From Octopus vulgaris (taxonomy: Eukaryota), in assembly GCA_951406725.2 (NCBI GenBank), contig OX597831.1, positions 6,634,001-6,698,000 of the forward strand: a stretch of 64,000 bases of DNA. The letters are read 5' to 3'. The first letter of the stretch is position 1; each line of letters opens with the position of its first letter. Below are positions 1 to 11,330 of the stretch, piece by piece. A program made the position numbers and the translations under genes. Below the pieces are notes generated by a model that was not told the DNA's origin, made no database searches, and saw only the letters and a program-made list of their open reading frames with translations.

Positions 1-264
1 TTTACAATTTTCTAATCTTAACGAGGTTGATACAAGCCAAAGAGGGGGGGGGCTAAATGGTTGCCTGACCAGCTAAAAATAGCAGCCAAATCTCCCTCAT
101 ATTGCATTCTATTGTCATAAAATGACAGAGAGGACGTAGTTTTGGGTGTAGAGGAGATTAAGGGCTAACTCTATACACGAAACTTTTGAATGCCCAAGCT
201 GGAGCCTCAACACTACATGTGGTCTAATGTCTTGCTCGGAACATTTTCTATGTTAATAGATAGA

Positions 265-445
265 GGATCTTTTCATTTCCAAGGCCTGTTTTGTCAGATT
301 TTTCTAGTTAACTAAATAATTTGAAACTTCGTATACTGGTAGAGTGTCTCAAAAGAAAACACTAGTTTCAACTTGTTTATTTGAGAAAAATGTATTTTAT
401 AACTTTAAGGGTAGATTAAATCTGCGAATTTTAACCAATTGTATT
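265..445 (+). mobile_element. Diverged partial copy of GGATC-ended MITE family A
   Basis: Begins GGATCTTTTC and contains AAACTTCGTATACTGGTAGA, shared with the intact copies at 2522 and 4603. Confidence 0.65.
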
Positions 446-583
446 GTTTGTTTTCATTTGAAATGGCAACTGAAGCCTTCTATCCCACCACCCTCACCAG
501 TTCTGTAATTCTTCATTGATATCAAATAATATACAAGCGCTAATCATCTCCACATCGAGCATTGTCAATTTTATACTCAAAGT

Positions 584-818
584 GTAAGGTGGTGAGCTGG
601 CAGAAACGTTAGCATGTCGGGCGAAATGCGTAGCCGTGTTTCGTCTGCTGTTACGTTCTGAGTTCAAATTCCACCGAGGTCGACTTTGCCTTTCATCCTT
701 TCGGGGTCGATAAATTAAGTACCAGTTACGCACTGGGGTCGATGCAGTCGACTTAATCCCTTTGTCTGTCCTTGTTTGCCCCCTCTATGTTTAGCCCCTT
801 GTGGGCAATAAAGAAATA
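584..818 (+). mobile_element. tRNA-derived SINE family C, full copy
   Basis: A-box-like GAGCTGGCAGAA, B-box GAGTTCAAATTCC, body CCTTTCATCCTTTCGGGGTCGATAAA, tail AAAGAAATA. 12-bp TSD TATACTCAAAGT at 572-583 and 819-830. Confidence 0.92.
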
Positions 819-984
819 TATACTCAAAGTCATTAAATTTAGCTCCCTAACGAAGGCACTAATGAGTCCCCTTTGGGATCAGTTCAGTTTATAATGACTT
901 GGACCCATGATGAAAAGAGAAATGTTCCCAAGAAAAACTACAAAACTGGACAAGATATGTTGTAATGACGTAAGTATAAGGAGT

Positions 985-1130
985 ATGTGTGTGTGTGTGT
1001 GTGTGTAAGAGAGAGGGAATGGAAGAAGAGAGAGAGAGAGAGAGAGAGAGTGTGTGTGTATGTGTGTGTGTGTGTTGTGTTCTGTATGTGCATGCGTCTG
1101 TGTCTGTGTGTGTGTGTGTGTTTGTGTCTC
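985..1130. repeat. Compound (TG)n/(AG)n microsatellite
   Basis: Direct reading. Confidence 0.95.
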
Positions 1131-1649
1131 CCTGTATATATTTAAGCAGCAGTCGACCACGAAAAACCCTTTTCTCTCTCTCTCATTTACTTCGACATCA
1201 CTATGGGGTAACTAAACTCATGGGAATTACTTATCGTTTAGATTTCACACCGATGCTTTGCTATTTTTTTAAACTAAATCAGTCTTTCCTTTCATCTTTT
1301 GTGCTACACACCATACACGTCTTTTTTTTTTTTTTATGACACCAAACAGACTATTTCACATGTATTGTAGGATAAACTAAATGCCCTCTTCTCTCTATAT
1401 CTACCACGACGATGTATGTGGAGCAAGTGTGCAGAGAAATGTACACGGTGGAAAGTATAGATTCAGCAATAATTAAAAAAAACTGTGCCCAAAGACAAGT
1501 TAAGAGAAAATAATGAAAGTGTGAGAAAATTGAAATGAGAAAAGTGTAAAAGGTGAATAATTAAAAAGACAGACGAGTAAATATTTTAGAGAAGAGAAAA
1601 GACAATGGGAAAAAGGGCGTTCTTAATGAGATCGAGGACACAAGAGAAA

Positions 1650-1691
<42 letters not shown>

Positions 1692-1805
1692 GCGCACACA
1701 CACATAAACACGTGTGTGTGCGCGAGCGTGAACAAAGACGAAAAGTAGAACTCAATACATAAAAGTAAATATGTATTTCTTTTTAACTTTACAGCCGAGT
1801 TATAG

Positions 1806-1806
<1 letters not shown>

Positions 1807-1875
<69 letters not shown>

Positions 1876-1893
1876 GTGTGTGTGTGTGTGTGT
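1807..1893. repeat. Compound (CT)n(AT)n(TG)n microsatellite
   Basis: Direct reading. Confidence 0.95.
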
Positions 1894-1961
1894 GACCGCG
1901 TGTGTACCGTTGGCTATTTTTTCCTCTGTCTTTCCTTCCTTGGATCTTTCCTTTTTGCTAT

Positions 1962-1996
1962 GTTTCTGACGAAGAGCTCCGCTCGAAACGTTAAAT
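1962..1996 (+). ncRNA. Minimal type I hammerhead-ribozyme-like motif in a probable Penelope-like terminal repeat (about 1894-2095)
   Basis: GTTT-CTGACGAA-GAGC tcc GCTC-GAAACGTT-AAAT: CUGANGA core, 4-bp stem II, GAAA, palindromic stem III AACGTT. The surrounding element lies between dinucleotide microsatellites. Confidence 0.65.
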
Positions 1997-2090
1997 CCTC
2001 CTTCTTTCTCTCCTTTCCTGAGCGTCCAATAACACTATACTTGTTCCACATCCTCGCATTGTTGTGTTTTCTCTTTGTTCATGTTTGTAT

Positions 2091-2121
<31 letters not shown>

Positions 2122-2521
2122 TCCCTCCTCAGGCACAAACACATCATACATGCAGTGGAACTTCTGCCAACCAAATTCACTCAAAAGTCTCTGATCAACC
2201 ATGGTAGAGGACACCCTGTCCAAGATACCACACTAGACTGAATCTAGAACCATGTGGTTGGGAGGGGAACTTCTTACCACACAGCCATAGATGTGTGTGT
2301 GTGTTAGCTAAAAGCTGACCTGTCTTGATCCGATTTAGGCAAACCTTATCCTGGTTTCCCTAGCATATAATTGCAGGGTTAACCCTTCAGTTATTACTGG
2401 TACTCAATTTCCACTGAGTGGGGAATTGAAGCAATATGAAGTGAAGTGTTTTGCTCGATGGCACAATGTGCCATCCACTTCTAAAAAATAAATCCATGAC
2501 CTTACAATTATAAGCCCAATG

Positions 2522-2939
2522 GGATCTTTTCAGTTTGAATGGCAGTTTTTAACATAATTTCTAGGTAACTAAAAAATTTTAAACTTTGTATACTGGTAGA
2601 ATGTGTTTATAAAACATCTTTTTCTCTTGGCTTTATTGAGAAACTTCTATGGTTTGTAAGATATTTGTTGTTTTTTTTTCTTCAATTTCTGCAATTTCAA
2701 CCAATCAGTGACGTCTATTGAGGTAAAAACATTCTGTGCCGTATGAATATGTCCCTCGTTTAAGAAACAGATTGGGTTTATTTACATTTGTGAAGAAAAA
2801 AAGATACCCTTCCTCCCACACCTAACCCTAATCCTAAAACAGATTGAAATGCAATAGATCGATACTAGGGTCATAATTATGGGTGACAATTTCATATGAC
2901 ACCGCTAGAAAAAAACTGCCGTTCAAACCGAAAAGATCC
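2522..2939 (+). mobile_element. MITE family A, long form with internal CCCTAA tract
   Basis: TIRs GGATCTTTTCAGTTTGAATGGCAGTTTTT / AAAAACTGCCGTTCAAACCGAAAAGATCC. Perfect 8-bp TSD GCCCAATG at 2514-2521 and 2940-2947. Confidence 0.95.
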
Positions 2940-4280
2940 GCCCAATGTCCTAACAAGGCGACACACCAGAACATACACACACATAGGGAGAGAGAGAGGG
3001 AGAGAATGAAGAAGAGCAAGAGACGGAGTAAGATAATGTAAAAACAAGTCTTGAGAGGTAAACAAAGACAAATAGATGGACAGTGAGCCGAGCGATAAAG
3101 GAGAGAGAGAGGAATATTGTTCGTGAGAAGCCTACTGAAACTGTGGGAGAAAATAAAAGATAAAATGAGAAAGCTATAAAATGGATGTAGGTATGAAAAT
3201 GTTGTAGAGGCAGTAAGATGAAGATAATTAACAGTTATGGTTTATTTGTCTCAATAAAATTTGGTGAAACATAAATAAATAATGGTGCATTTTTATGAGA
3301 CAATATGATTTACCAGCTGAAATATAATAAGAAGGTGTTGTTTATAAGATTTTTATAGAAGAAGAATATGAAAAATAATGCCTTACATCTTCTTTGTTAC
3401 TTTTAGTTTCCATAAATGTAAAGAACCGTGAATTTCTGTTGAGTGAGAGATTAGCTTTTAAAAGCAGCCACCACGACCACCACCACTGACAGCATGAAGC
3501 AAATCAGACCCTTTTTTTTCTGTTTCTAACTTTATCAGTGGATAAGATTGTTGTGTCAGTCAGATGACAGAGAACAAGGGTAAAAAAAAGAGAAGAAAAA
3601 GAGGTTTTAAAAAGTAGGGGGGAGGGAGGGATTAACTCTAATGTTAATTGTTGTTGCTAATCTGTTACAAGTGATAATCCGTTACAAGTGAGGTATTGTA
3701 AACCATTTTGAAAATGGTGGGAAATAATCTGCTTGAATTTAAAGGATGTTACTTTATGATTGTAGCTGTGGGCAAGATCAGATCATTTGTGAAGAGGAAC
3801 CTAACCCTTACCCTAACCCTAACCCTTCCAAATAGTATAAAATTTTATGTTAAAGGTAGAACTTAGTAGTCGCTTTATATTGTCCTCAGTTTCCTGTGTT
3901 GCGTTGTTAAGATAGGAATTTGTTTACAGGTCAACTGGATATAAATTAGATTCTATTTTGTATATTGTTACAAGAGAGCTTTTGTGTTTTATGGCCAATG
4001 AGGTTGTCTTCAAATTAAGGGGAGAAATCATCTTTGTTTATACAAATACATGAAGAGATGAAGAGAGCATTGAAAAACATGAAATATATGCATTTAATGT
4101 GTATTGATGCCAATCCACATGAGACCATCTCTGGTTCAGAGAAACAAAATCTTTTGTTTTAAAATGTTCAAATTTGAATTACAGCTTTTTGTTAAAATTT
4201 TATGCAAGAAACCGCTTCGTTAAGAGATTAATTAACATACTCACTGGTTCGATTTCCACTAATTTATGATTTCTTTTTTT

Positions 4281-4317
4281 CTAGAATTTTCATTGCTTCT
4301 TGCAACCTCTTCAATGC
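4281..4317 (-). ncRNA. Variant hammerhead-like motif (UUGAAGA core)
   Basis: Minus strand reads TTGAAGAG-GTTGC aagaa GCAAT-GAAA-ATTC. Same repeat family as 60003-60039. Confidence 0.4.
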
Positions 4318-4602
4318 TTTGTTAAGATATGTTCAAAACAACAAGTTTCTACCTTCATTGAGCCATCAGGTTGATGACTAACCCCTGTTGATTTCCTAAA
4401 CTAACCCTACATGGAATTTTTGGGGTAGAATACAAAAGTGATTTCACCCCCATAACCTTCTTTTACATTTTTCTTCTTTTTTTTTTCAAGACAGAGACAG
4501 CCAATTCTGAGAGAGAAGAAAGAATCGGCCCTAGTATATTACTGGTACTTTATTTATCAATCCTGAAAAAAAAGGAACTTTCAGTTTGTTGGTCCCTTGC
4601 TG

Positions 4603-4947
4603 GGATCTTTTCGCTTTGACCAGCAGATTTTAAAAATAATTTCTTTGTAACTAAACACTTTTAAACTTCGTATACTGGTAGAATGTGTTTATAAAACATC
4701 ACCAGAAAATGTTGTTGACAACGATCCAGCAGAAATTGAATTCACCTCAATAAACGTCACTGATTGGTCGAAATTGCTGAAATGCAAGAAATTAAAGAGC
4801 AAATAGCTTACAAACTACAGAATTTTCTCAAGAAAGCCAAGAGAAAAAGATGTTTTATGTAACACATTCTACCAGTATACGAAGTTTAAAAGTGTTTAGT
4901 TACAAAGAAATTATTTTTAAAATCTGCCAGTCAAAGCGAAAAGATCC
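4603..4947. mobile_element. MITE family A, short fold-back form (about 98-bp TIRs)
   Basis: GGATCTTTTCGCTTTGAC...GTCAAAGCGAAAAGATCC. Perfect 8-bp TSD CCTTGCTG at 4595-4602 and 4948-4955. Confidence 0.95.
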
Positions 4948-5173
4948 CCTTGCTGATTTGACCATGTTACACTATCAACAGATACACACACACAATCCAT
5001 ATGGATAAAGACAGAAAGCACACAGAAACCTGCTTCCTCCAAGGGATGCCACAGTAGAGATGGTAGGTTTACAGCAGAATGAGTGCGTAGTATGAGATTA
5101 ATTCAGTTGTAGCTGTTTCACTTTCCCCAATAATAACCTCCAGGAAAAGAGTGAACATCACAGCTTCCATTAA

Positions 5174-5340
5174 CCCTTTCGTTACCAACCTGGCTGAAAC
5201 CGGCTCTGGCTCTGAGTACAAATATCTTGTTTTCATAAGTTTTGAATTAAAATCTTCCACCAAACCTTAGTCACAATTGATGTTCCTAACACTAGCTGAA
5301 TGATAACTAAGTTATTTTACTAAATTCTTTGTTAACTTAA
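5174..5340 (+). mobile_element. piggyBac-type MITE family B, truncated
   Basis: TTAA|CCCTTTCG terminus; matches the reverse complement of the copies at 14933 and 15185. Confidence 0.8.
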
Positions 5341-6007
5341 AACTTCCTATAAAACATCAAAAACTGAGTCTATCCATTTTATGCTGCCAGCACATAATAT
5401 AAAACAATTGCATTATATCGGTATACAACAAGAATTTCCACTTCTCTCTCAAAGTTTATATGGTGTTATGTGTGTAACTCACAAAAAGAAAGAAGAAAAT
5501 GATGTCAGACCAAACAGATTTCTTTTAGCGTTTCAAAATAGTTTCTTAAACAATCTTTGTTGTGACCTATTTTTGGAAATATACTGAACTCTGTTCTTCC
5601 TTTTGGCATCATCTTCAGCTATCATCAGGCTTCTTTCTAAATGTCACAAATTGCACTATTATGACCCAATGACGAGAGGAGGGGAAAGAAAAAAATAAAG
5701 TTGTTCTAGGTTCTGGTGACCAGCAAAAAGGTCAACCTATCTAGAATAGATATTTTAGTAAAGGAATTATAATAACGGCAGAAGCAACAGTAATGGCTGC
5801 TTTACCTTACAAGATTCACAGACAGAGACATGGAATGGGAATAACCATTCCAAGCATAAGAGTCACATTATAAAATATAAAACTGTAGGATTTGTTGCTA
5901 AAGAATCTAATTGCAAACTAGAAAGACAACGGGTCCCAAAATTCTTGTTTATTCCCTTTAACCACAAGAAACTTGTAAAGCTACTAGTAATATTAAAACT
6001 TTTACTC

Positions 6008-6039
6008 TATTATTATTATTATTATTATTATCATTATTA

Positions 6040-6094
<55 letters not shown>

Positions 6095-6099
6095 TATCA

Positions 6100-6154
<55 letters not shown>

Positions 6155-6170
6155 CATTATTATTATCATT

Positions 6171-6235
<65 letters not shown>

Positions 6236-6249
6236 CATCATTATTATTA

Positions 6250-6287
<38 letters not shown>

Positions 6288-6317
6288 TATTAATTATAAT
6301 AATAATAATAATAATAA
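6008..6317. repeat. (TAT/CAT)n trinucleotide microsatellite
   Basis: Direct reading; explains the poly-Y, poly-N and poly-I ORFs. Confidence 0.97.
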
Positions 6318-6909
6318 TGTTGTCGTGCCTTTAAAGACTAAATATTTAAATTCAGTTGTTCCACATTTCTGGTAACTTCTTCCAAATATTTCTCACACTG
6401 CAATCTTTCCAATCAACAGTAAACACCAAAAGGGGTTCTTTTCTGTTCCCGTTTCCATATTTTTTTTTTACTTTTTGTTTGTATTTTTGCTGTAGCACAA
6501 AAGCTCTGTGGGCAAAATGGTATAAACTATTTCAAATAACCATTCTTTTAAATAGGACAAATATTTCAAATCTTCAACTAAACAGACCTTCACAAATATT
6601 TATATATCTTTTCTCCATCTTAATACATTTTTATTCTTTATTTAACTTTCTGTCTAAACTTCACTAGATTTCCCATTGACATTTAGTTGTATGATTAACT
6701 TTTCCTCTTTTGAGAAAAAATGAATCACTCTACAGTTATGTAGTTTTTTTTTTTAAACTAAATTAAAGAATTTCATGAAAAATATTAACAACACTAAACT
6801 CTTTCTCCCCAACCACCACCCCTCTCTCTCTCTTTCTCTCTCTCTCTCTTTTTCTCTCTCTCTCTCTCTCCCTCTCCAGTTTGAGGAAATACAAGAAAAT
6901 TTACTTTAA

Positions 6910-7128
6910 CCCTTTAGCATTCAGATTCCTCTGTCAAATGTAAAGCCTGTTTAATTAATTGTTTTAAATTAATTGTACAGCATCTTGTGACTCTGAGATT
7001 TTGATGATGCCCCTGTTTATTTTTAGAATGACTTTGTAGGGTAGGTGTGAGAGGTCAGAGCTGGCTGGTTTGAGCATATAACAGGAAGACAATTTTGGCC
7101 TGGTATGGCCGGTTTAAACACTAAGGGG
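6910..7128. mobile_element. piggyBac-type MITE, second subfamily
   Basis: TTAA|CCCTTTAG ... CTAAGGGG|TTAA. Related fragments near 16030-16160 and 62315-62445. Confidence 0.85.
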
Positions 7129-7592
7129 TTAAGCCAAATCAAAAATCTCCCCCAAAATGGCAAACAGGATTTACACCAGAAAAATATTAGAATCAGAACA
7201 AAAAGACTTGACTCATGACAACTGATTCACTGATGATGACCATTTTGAAAAGAATTTGGTCGGAATCAATGCCTTCTTGTGTGTGTGTGTGTACAACCAA
7301 CCAGTCTCTCACATGTTACACATGGCTGGTCAGGACATGCTCTGCTTCATCATTTTAGTCTTTGAATGACACCACCCCCACTGGCTAGGTAAGCAGGCCA
7401 ACATTGCCCCTGATCCAAAGGGGAACTGGAACGAAGCGCCTTGCTCAAGAACACAACATGCCACCCAGTCTGGGAACTGAACCCATGATCAAGCAACAGT
7501 GAGTGCAAAAAGATGACAAAGGAACAAAAGATTATCTTATGAACTTCTTCCAAGTAACTGCAAGCGAATGAAGCTCAAAAGATAATCGTTTG

Positions 7593-8427
7593 GGATCTTT
7601 TCGCTTTGACCGGCAGATTTTTAAAATAATTTCTTTGTAACTAAACACTTTTAAACTTTGTATATTGGTAGAACGTGTTTATAAAACATCTTTTTCTCTT
7701 GGCTTTCTTGAGAAAATTCTGTAGTTTGTAAGCTATTTGTTGTTTAATTTCTTGCATTTCGGCAATTTCAACCAATCAATGACGTTTATTGAGGTAAATT
7801 CAATATCTCCGGATATTGATTTACCAGTATACGAAGCCAGGTTGGTAACGAAAGGGTTGATGGAAGCTGTGATGTTCACCCTTTTCCTGGAGGTCATTAT
7901 TGGGGAAAGTGAAACAGCTACAACTGAATTAATCTCATATTACGCACTCATTCTGCTGTGAACCTACCATCTCTACTGTGGCATCACTTGGAGGAAGCAG
8001 GTTTCTGTGTGCTTTCTGTCTTTATCCATATGGATTGTGTGTGTGTATCTGTCGATAGTGTAACATGGTCAAATCAGCAAGGGGATCTTTTCCCTTTGAC
8101 CGGCAGATTTTTAAAATAATTTCTTTGTAACTAAACACTTTTAAACTTTGTATACTGGTAGAATGTGTTACATAAAACATCTTTTTCTCTTGGCTTTCTT
8201 GAGAAAATTCTGTAGTTTGTAAGCTATTTGCTCTTTAATTTCTTGCATTTCGGCAATTTCAACCAATCATTGACGTCTATTGAGGTGAATTCAATTTCTG
8301 CCGGATCGTTGTCAACAACATTTTCTGGTGATGTTTTATAAACACATTCTACCAGTATACGAAGTTTAAAAGTGTTTAGTTACATGGAAATTATTTTTAA
8401 AATCTGCCAGTCAAAGCGAAAAGATCC
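7593..8427. mobile_element. Composite family A element containing an inverted copy of 4603-5195
   Basis: Starts and ends in family A TIRs. 7835-8427 is the reverse complement of 4603-5195. Flanks ATCGTTTG and CTTGTTTG match 6/8. Confidence 0.88.
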
Positions 8428-8857
8428 CTTGTTTGTCATCTCTTCTCTTATTACTGCTCTGTATTCGACCAATGCTTCGTTGAGAGGCATTATGGATATT
8501 GAGCTCTACACCAGGTTATTGGTATCACAATGCCTAAGAAACAAGCGTGTGTGTGTGTATGTATGTGTGTGTGCGCGTTACTATAAATTTCACCATCTAG
8601 TACACACACACACCAACTGGGAAAATCAGCTTGTTGCACAGTGCAGACTGAGTACATTTTATCACATTGGTGGCATCATAAAATGCACTCAGTCCGTAGA
8701 TGAACTGAAGAATTCTTTCTACCCTGCATCAGTCGTCATTCTGAGCCTTGGTTAGTCAGGCAACTTTCAATGGGGGTTCACTGAGTTCATAGCTCCCTCA
8801 TATGTGTTGCTCTTTTAAAGGTGGATTTTAGATTCTGCTGAAGGATGTCAGCAGCAC

Positions 8858-8898
<41 letters not shown>

Positions 8899-8899
8899 C

Positions 8900-8937
<38 letters not shown>

Positions 8938-9150
8938 AAGAGATGCAATGAACAAATGATTGGTTAGCTGGAACTACCAATGCCATTGTTCAGAAATTAT
9001 GCCATAAACCACATCAGTAAACATAACTGTCCAAAGTTATTGTGAACAAATATATAAAAATAAACTGTGTAGGTGCTACAATGTATACCTTTTGTATTGT
9101 ATAATTCTACACATCTGCATTGTGAGCAGGTGTATATATAGAAATACAAA

Positions 9151-9555
9151 TGAGCCGGCAGAAACGTTAGTAGGCCGGGCGAAATGCTTAGCGGTATTTC
9201 GTCTGCCACTACGTTCTGAGTTCAAATTCCGCCGAGGTCTACTTTGCTTTTCATCCTTTCGGGGTCGATAAATTAAGTACCAGTTACGCACTGGGGATCG
9301 ATGTAATTGACTTAATCCTTTTGCCTGTCCTTGTTTGTCCTCTCTGTGTTTAGACTCTTGTGGGTAGTAAAGAAATAGGTATTTCGTCTGCTGCTGCATT
9401 CTGAGTTCAAATTCCACCGAGGTCAACTTTGCTTTTCATCCTTTCGGGGTCAATAAATTAAGTACCAGTTATGCACTGGGATCAATGTAATCGACTTAAT
9501 CCCTTTGTTTGTCCTCTCTATGTTTAGCCCCCTTGAAGGCAATAAAGAAATAAGA
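9151..9555 (+). mobile_element. SINE family C, dimeric form
   Basis: Two bodies joined at AAAGAAATA|GGTATTTCGTCTG. Confidence 0.9.
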
Positions 9556-9619
9556 AATATAAGCTCTAAAGAATTCTCAATTAATGAAACATCATAGAAA
9601 TGAATGCATGTGGTTGTTT

Positions 9620-9663
9620 AGTAATAAAATTTCGTGGATGAAAACTGAAAGAAGCCCATCATA

Positions 9664-9700
<37 letters not shown>

Positions 9701-9712
9701 ATGTATGTATGT

Positions 9713-9800
<88 letters not shown>

Positions 9801-9930
9801 ATGCTGCACCACTACTTGCTAACTGGAATTGGTTTGTTTATGTCCCCCCATAACCTAGGGGTTCAGCAAAAAGAGATTGATAGAATAAGTACCAAACTGG
9901 GGTGGTACTAGGGTGGATTTGTTTGCCTAA
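9620..9930 (+). mobile_element. Degenerate SINE family D with expanded internal (TG)n
   Basis: AAACTGAAAGAAGCCC before the repeat and GATAGAATAAGTAC after it. Confidence 0.75.
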
Positions 9931-10952
9931 AACAAGCAAACGATAAAAGATGAATTCTGTGAATTCTAAAAAACCCTCCGATGGCTCCACAACAAAACTT
10001 GCACAATTCCAATATTAAAAGACACGGCCAAGAATTCTTCTGAGTAGATGTTGGGTTGAAATTTGAAATCAATTTATGGTAATGTTCACACTGTTTCATG
10101 CATTTTAGTTTTGTAAACGAACGGATGTTTATTTGAAACTATTTCTGTCTATAAATGTTAAACTATTTTAAACACTGATTCAACAACTATTCATAACCAG
10201 ATACAAAACTCCAACACAAACAATCACCTCCAATTACAGATTACAACATTCCTCAAAATATACCAAATGATATCTTTTTATCAACAACAGCTGATTGTTT
10301 TGCTATTTTAAGTGGTTTCCAGATACAGAAGCAGTTTCAAGTGGATTTTCCATTTGTTCATGTGACTGCTTTGTTTTGTTTCGTTTTGTATTTCTTTATT
10401 TTGTTGTTGTTGTTGCTTTTTGTTTGTTTTTGTTTTGTTTTTGTTTTTGTTTTTTTATTCACTTCACTAAATCTTGGAAAGACATTTCATAAAAATTAAG
10501 GATAAATAACTGAAGTGGTTGCAAAATAATTTTCAAGAGATTTAACAACTTCCAATCTCAATTTCATTTCCTTTTTTGGACAATTCTGGCATTATTTTCA
10601 AATTTATAAATTTCAGAAAAAATATGAGAAGTCACAGTGAATAGAGAAGAAAGATCAGACACTGAAGAACTCTGCAGCAGCAAAACTCAGTTGCAAAGCA
10701 CTGGACAAGTAGTAAATGGCCTCGGCTGAAACACTGGAAACTTATATATATATGCTTCGTAGTGTTAAGGGTGGGGGAATGAATAAACGCTGACTGCAGA
10801 TACCATTCTGTCATAAGACCTGGGATGAATTCCCCATAGTTAAATAAGGCATAGAAGGCATGAAATGAAGACTTCCAAAGAAGGAAATGAATTCAAGAAC
10901 TGATAAGTGAAGCAGTTCAATGCTACAAGCTGAGTAAATCATTCAAGTACAT

Positions 10953-11330
10953 ATCATCATCATCATCATCATCATCATTTAATGTCCGCTTTCTATGCTA
11001 GCATGGGTTGGACGGTTCAAACAGGGTCTGGGAAGCCAGGAGGCTGCACCAGGCTCCAGTCTGATCTGGCAGTGTTTCTACAGCTGGATGCCCTTCCTAA
11101 CGCCAACCACTCCGTTAGTGTACTGGGTGCCTTTTACGTGCCACTGACACAGGTGCCAGGGGAGGCTGGAAACGGCCACGATCAGCTGGTGCTTTTTACG
11201 TGCCACCGGCACGGAAGCCAGTCAAGGTGGTGCCAGCATCGACCACGTACGGATGGTGCCTTTTACGTGCCACTAGCACAGGTGCCAGGGGAGGCTGGCA
11301 ACGGCCACGATCGGTTGGTGCTTTTTACGT
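10953..11330 (-). mobile_element. Non-autonomous retroposon family E, (GAT)n-tailed
   Basis: (CAT)n then ATGCTAGCATGGGTTGGACG, CTGGATGCCCTTCCTAACGCCAACC, and internal tandem GGTGCTTTTTACGTGCCAC units. Confidence 0.88.

Noticed and set aside
3800-3826. True telomere or fusion site
   Set aside because: Only about four units and preceded by sequence resembling MITE family A.
5069-7961. Two ORFs sharing ARLVTKGLMEAVMFTLFLEV...
   Set aside because: Product of the inverted duplication and MITE sequence, not paralogous genes.
8600-8755. LKNSFYP motif resembling a LINE ORF2 C-terminus
   Set aside because: Too short and no supporting motifs.
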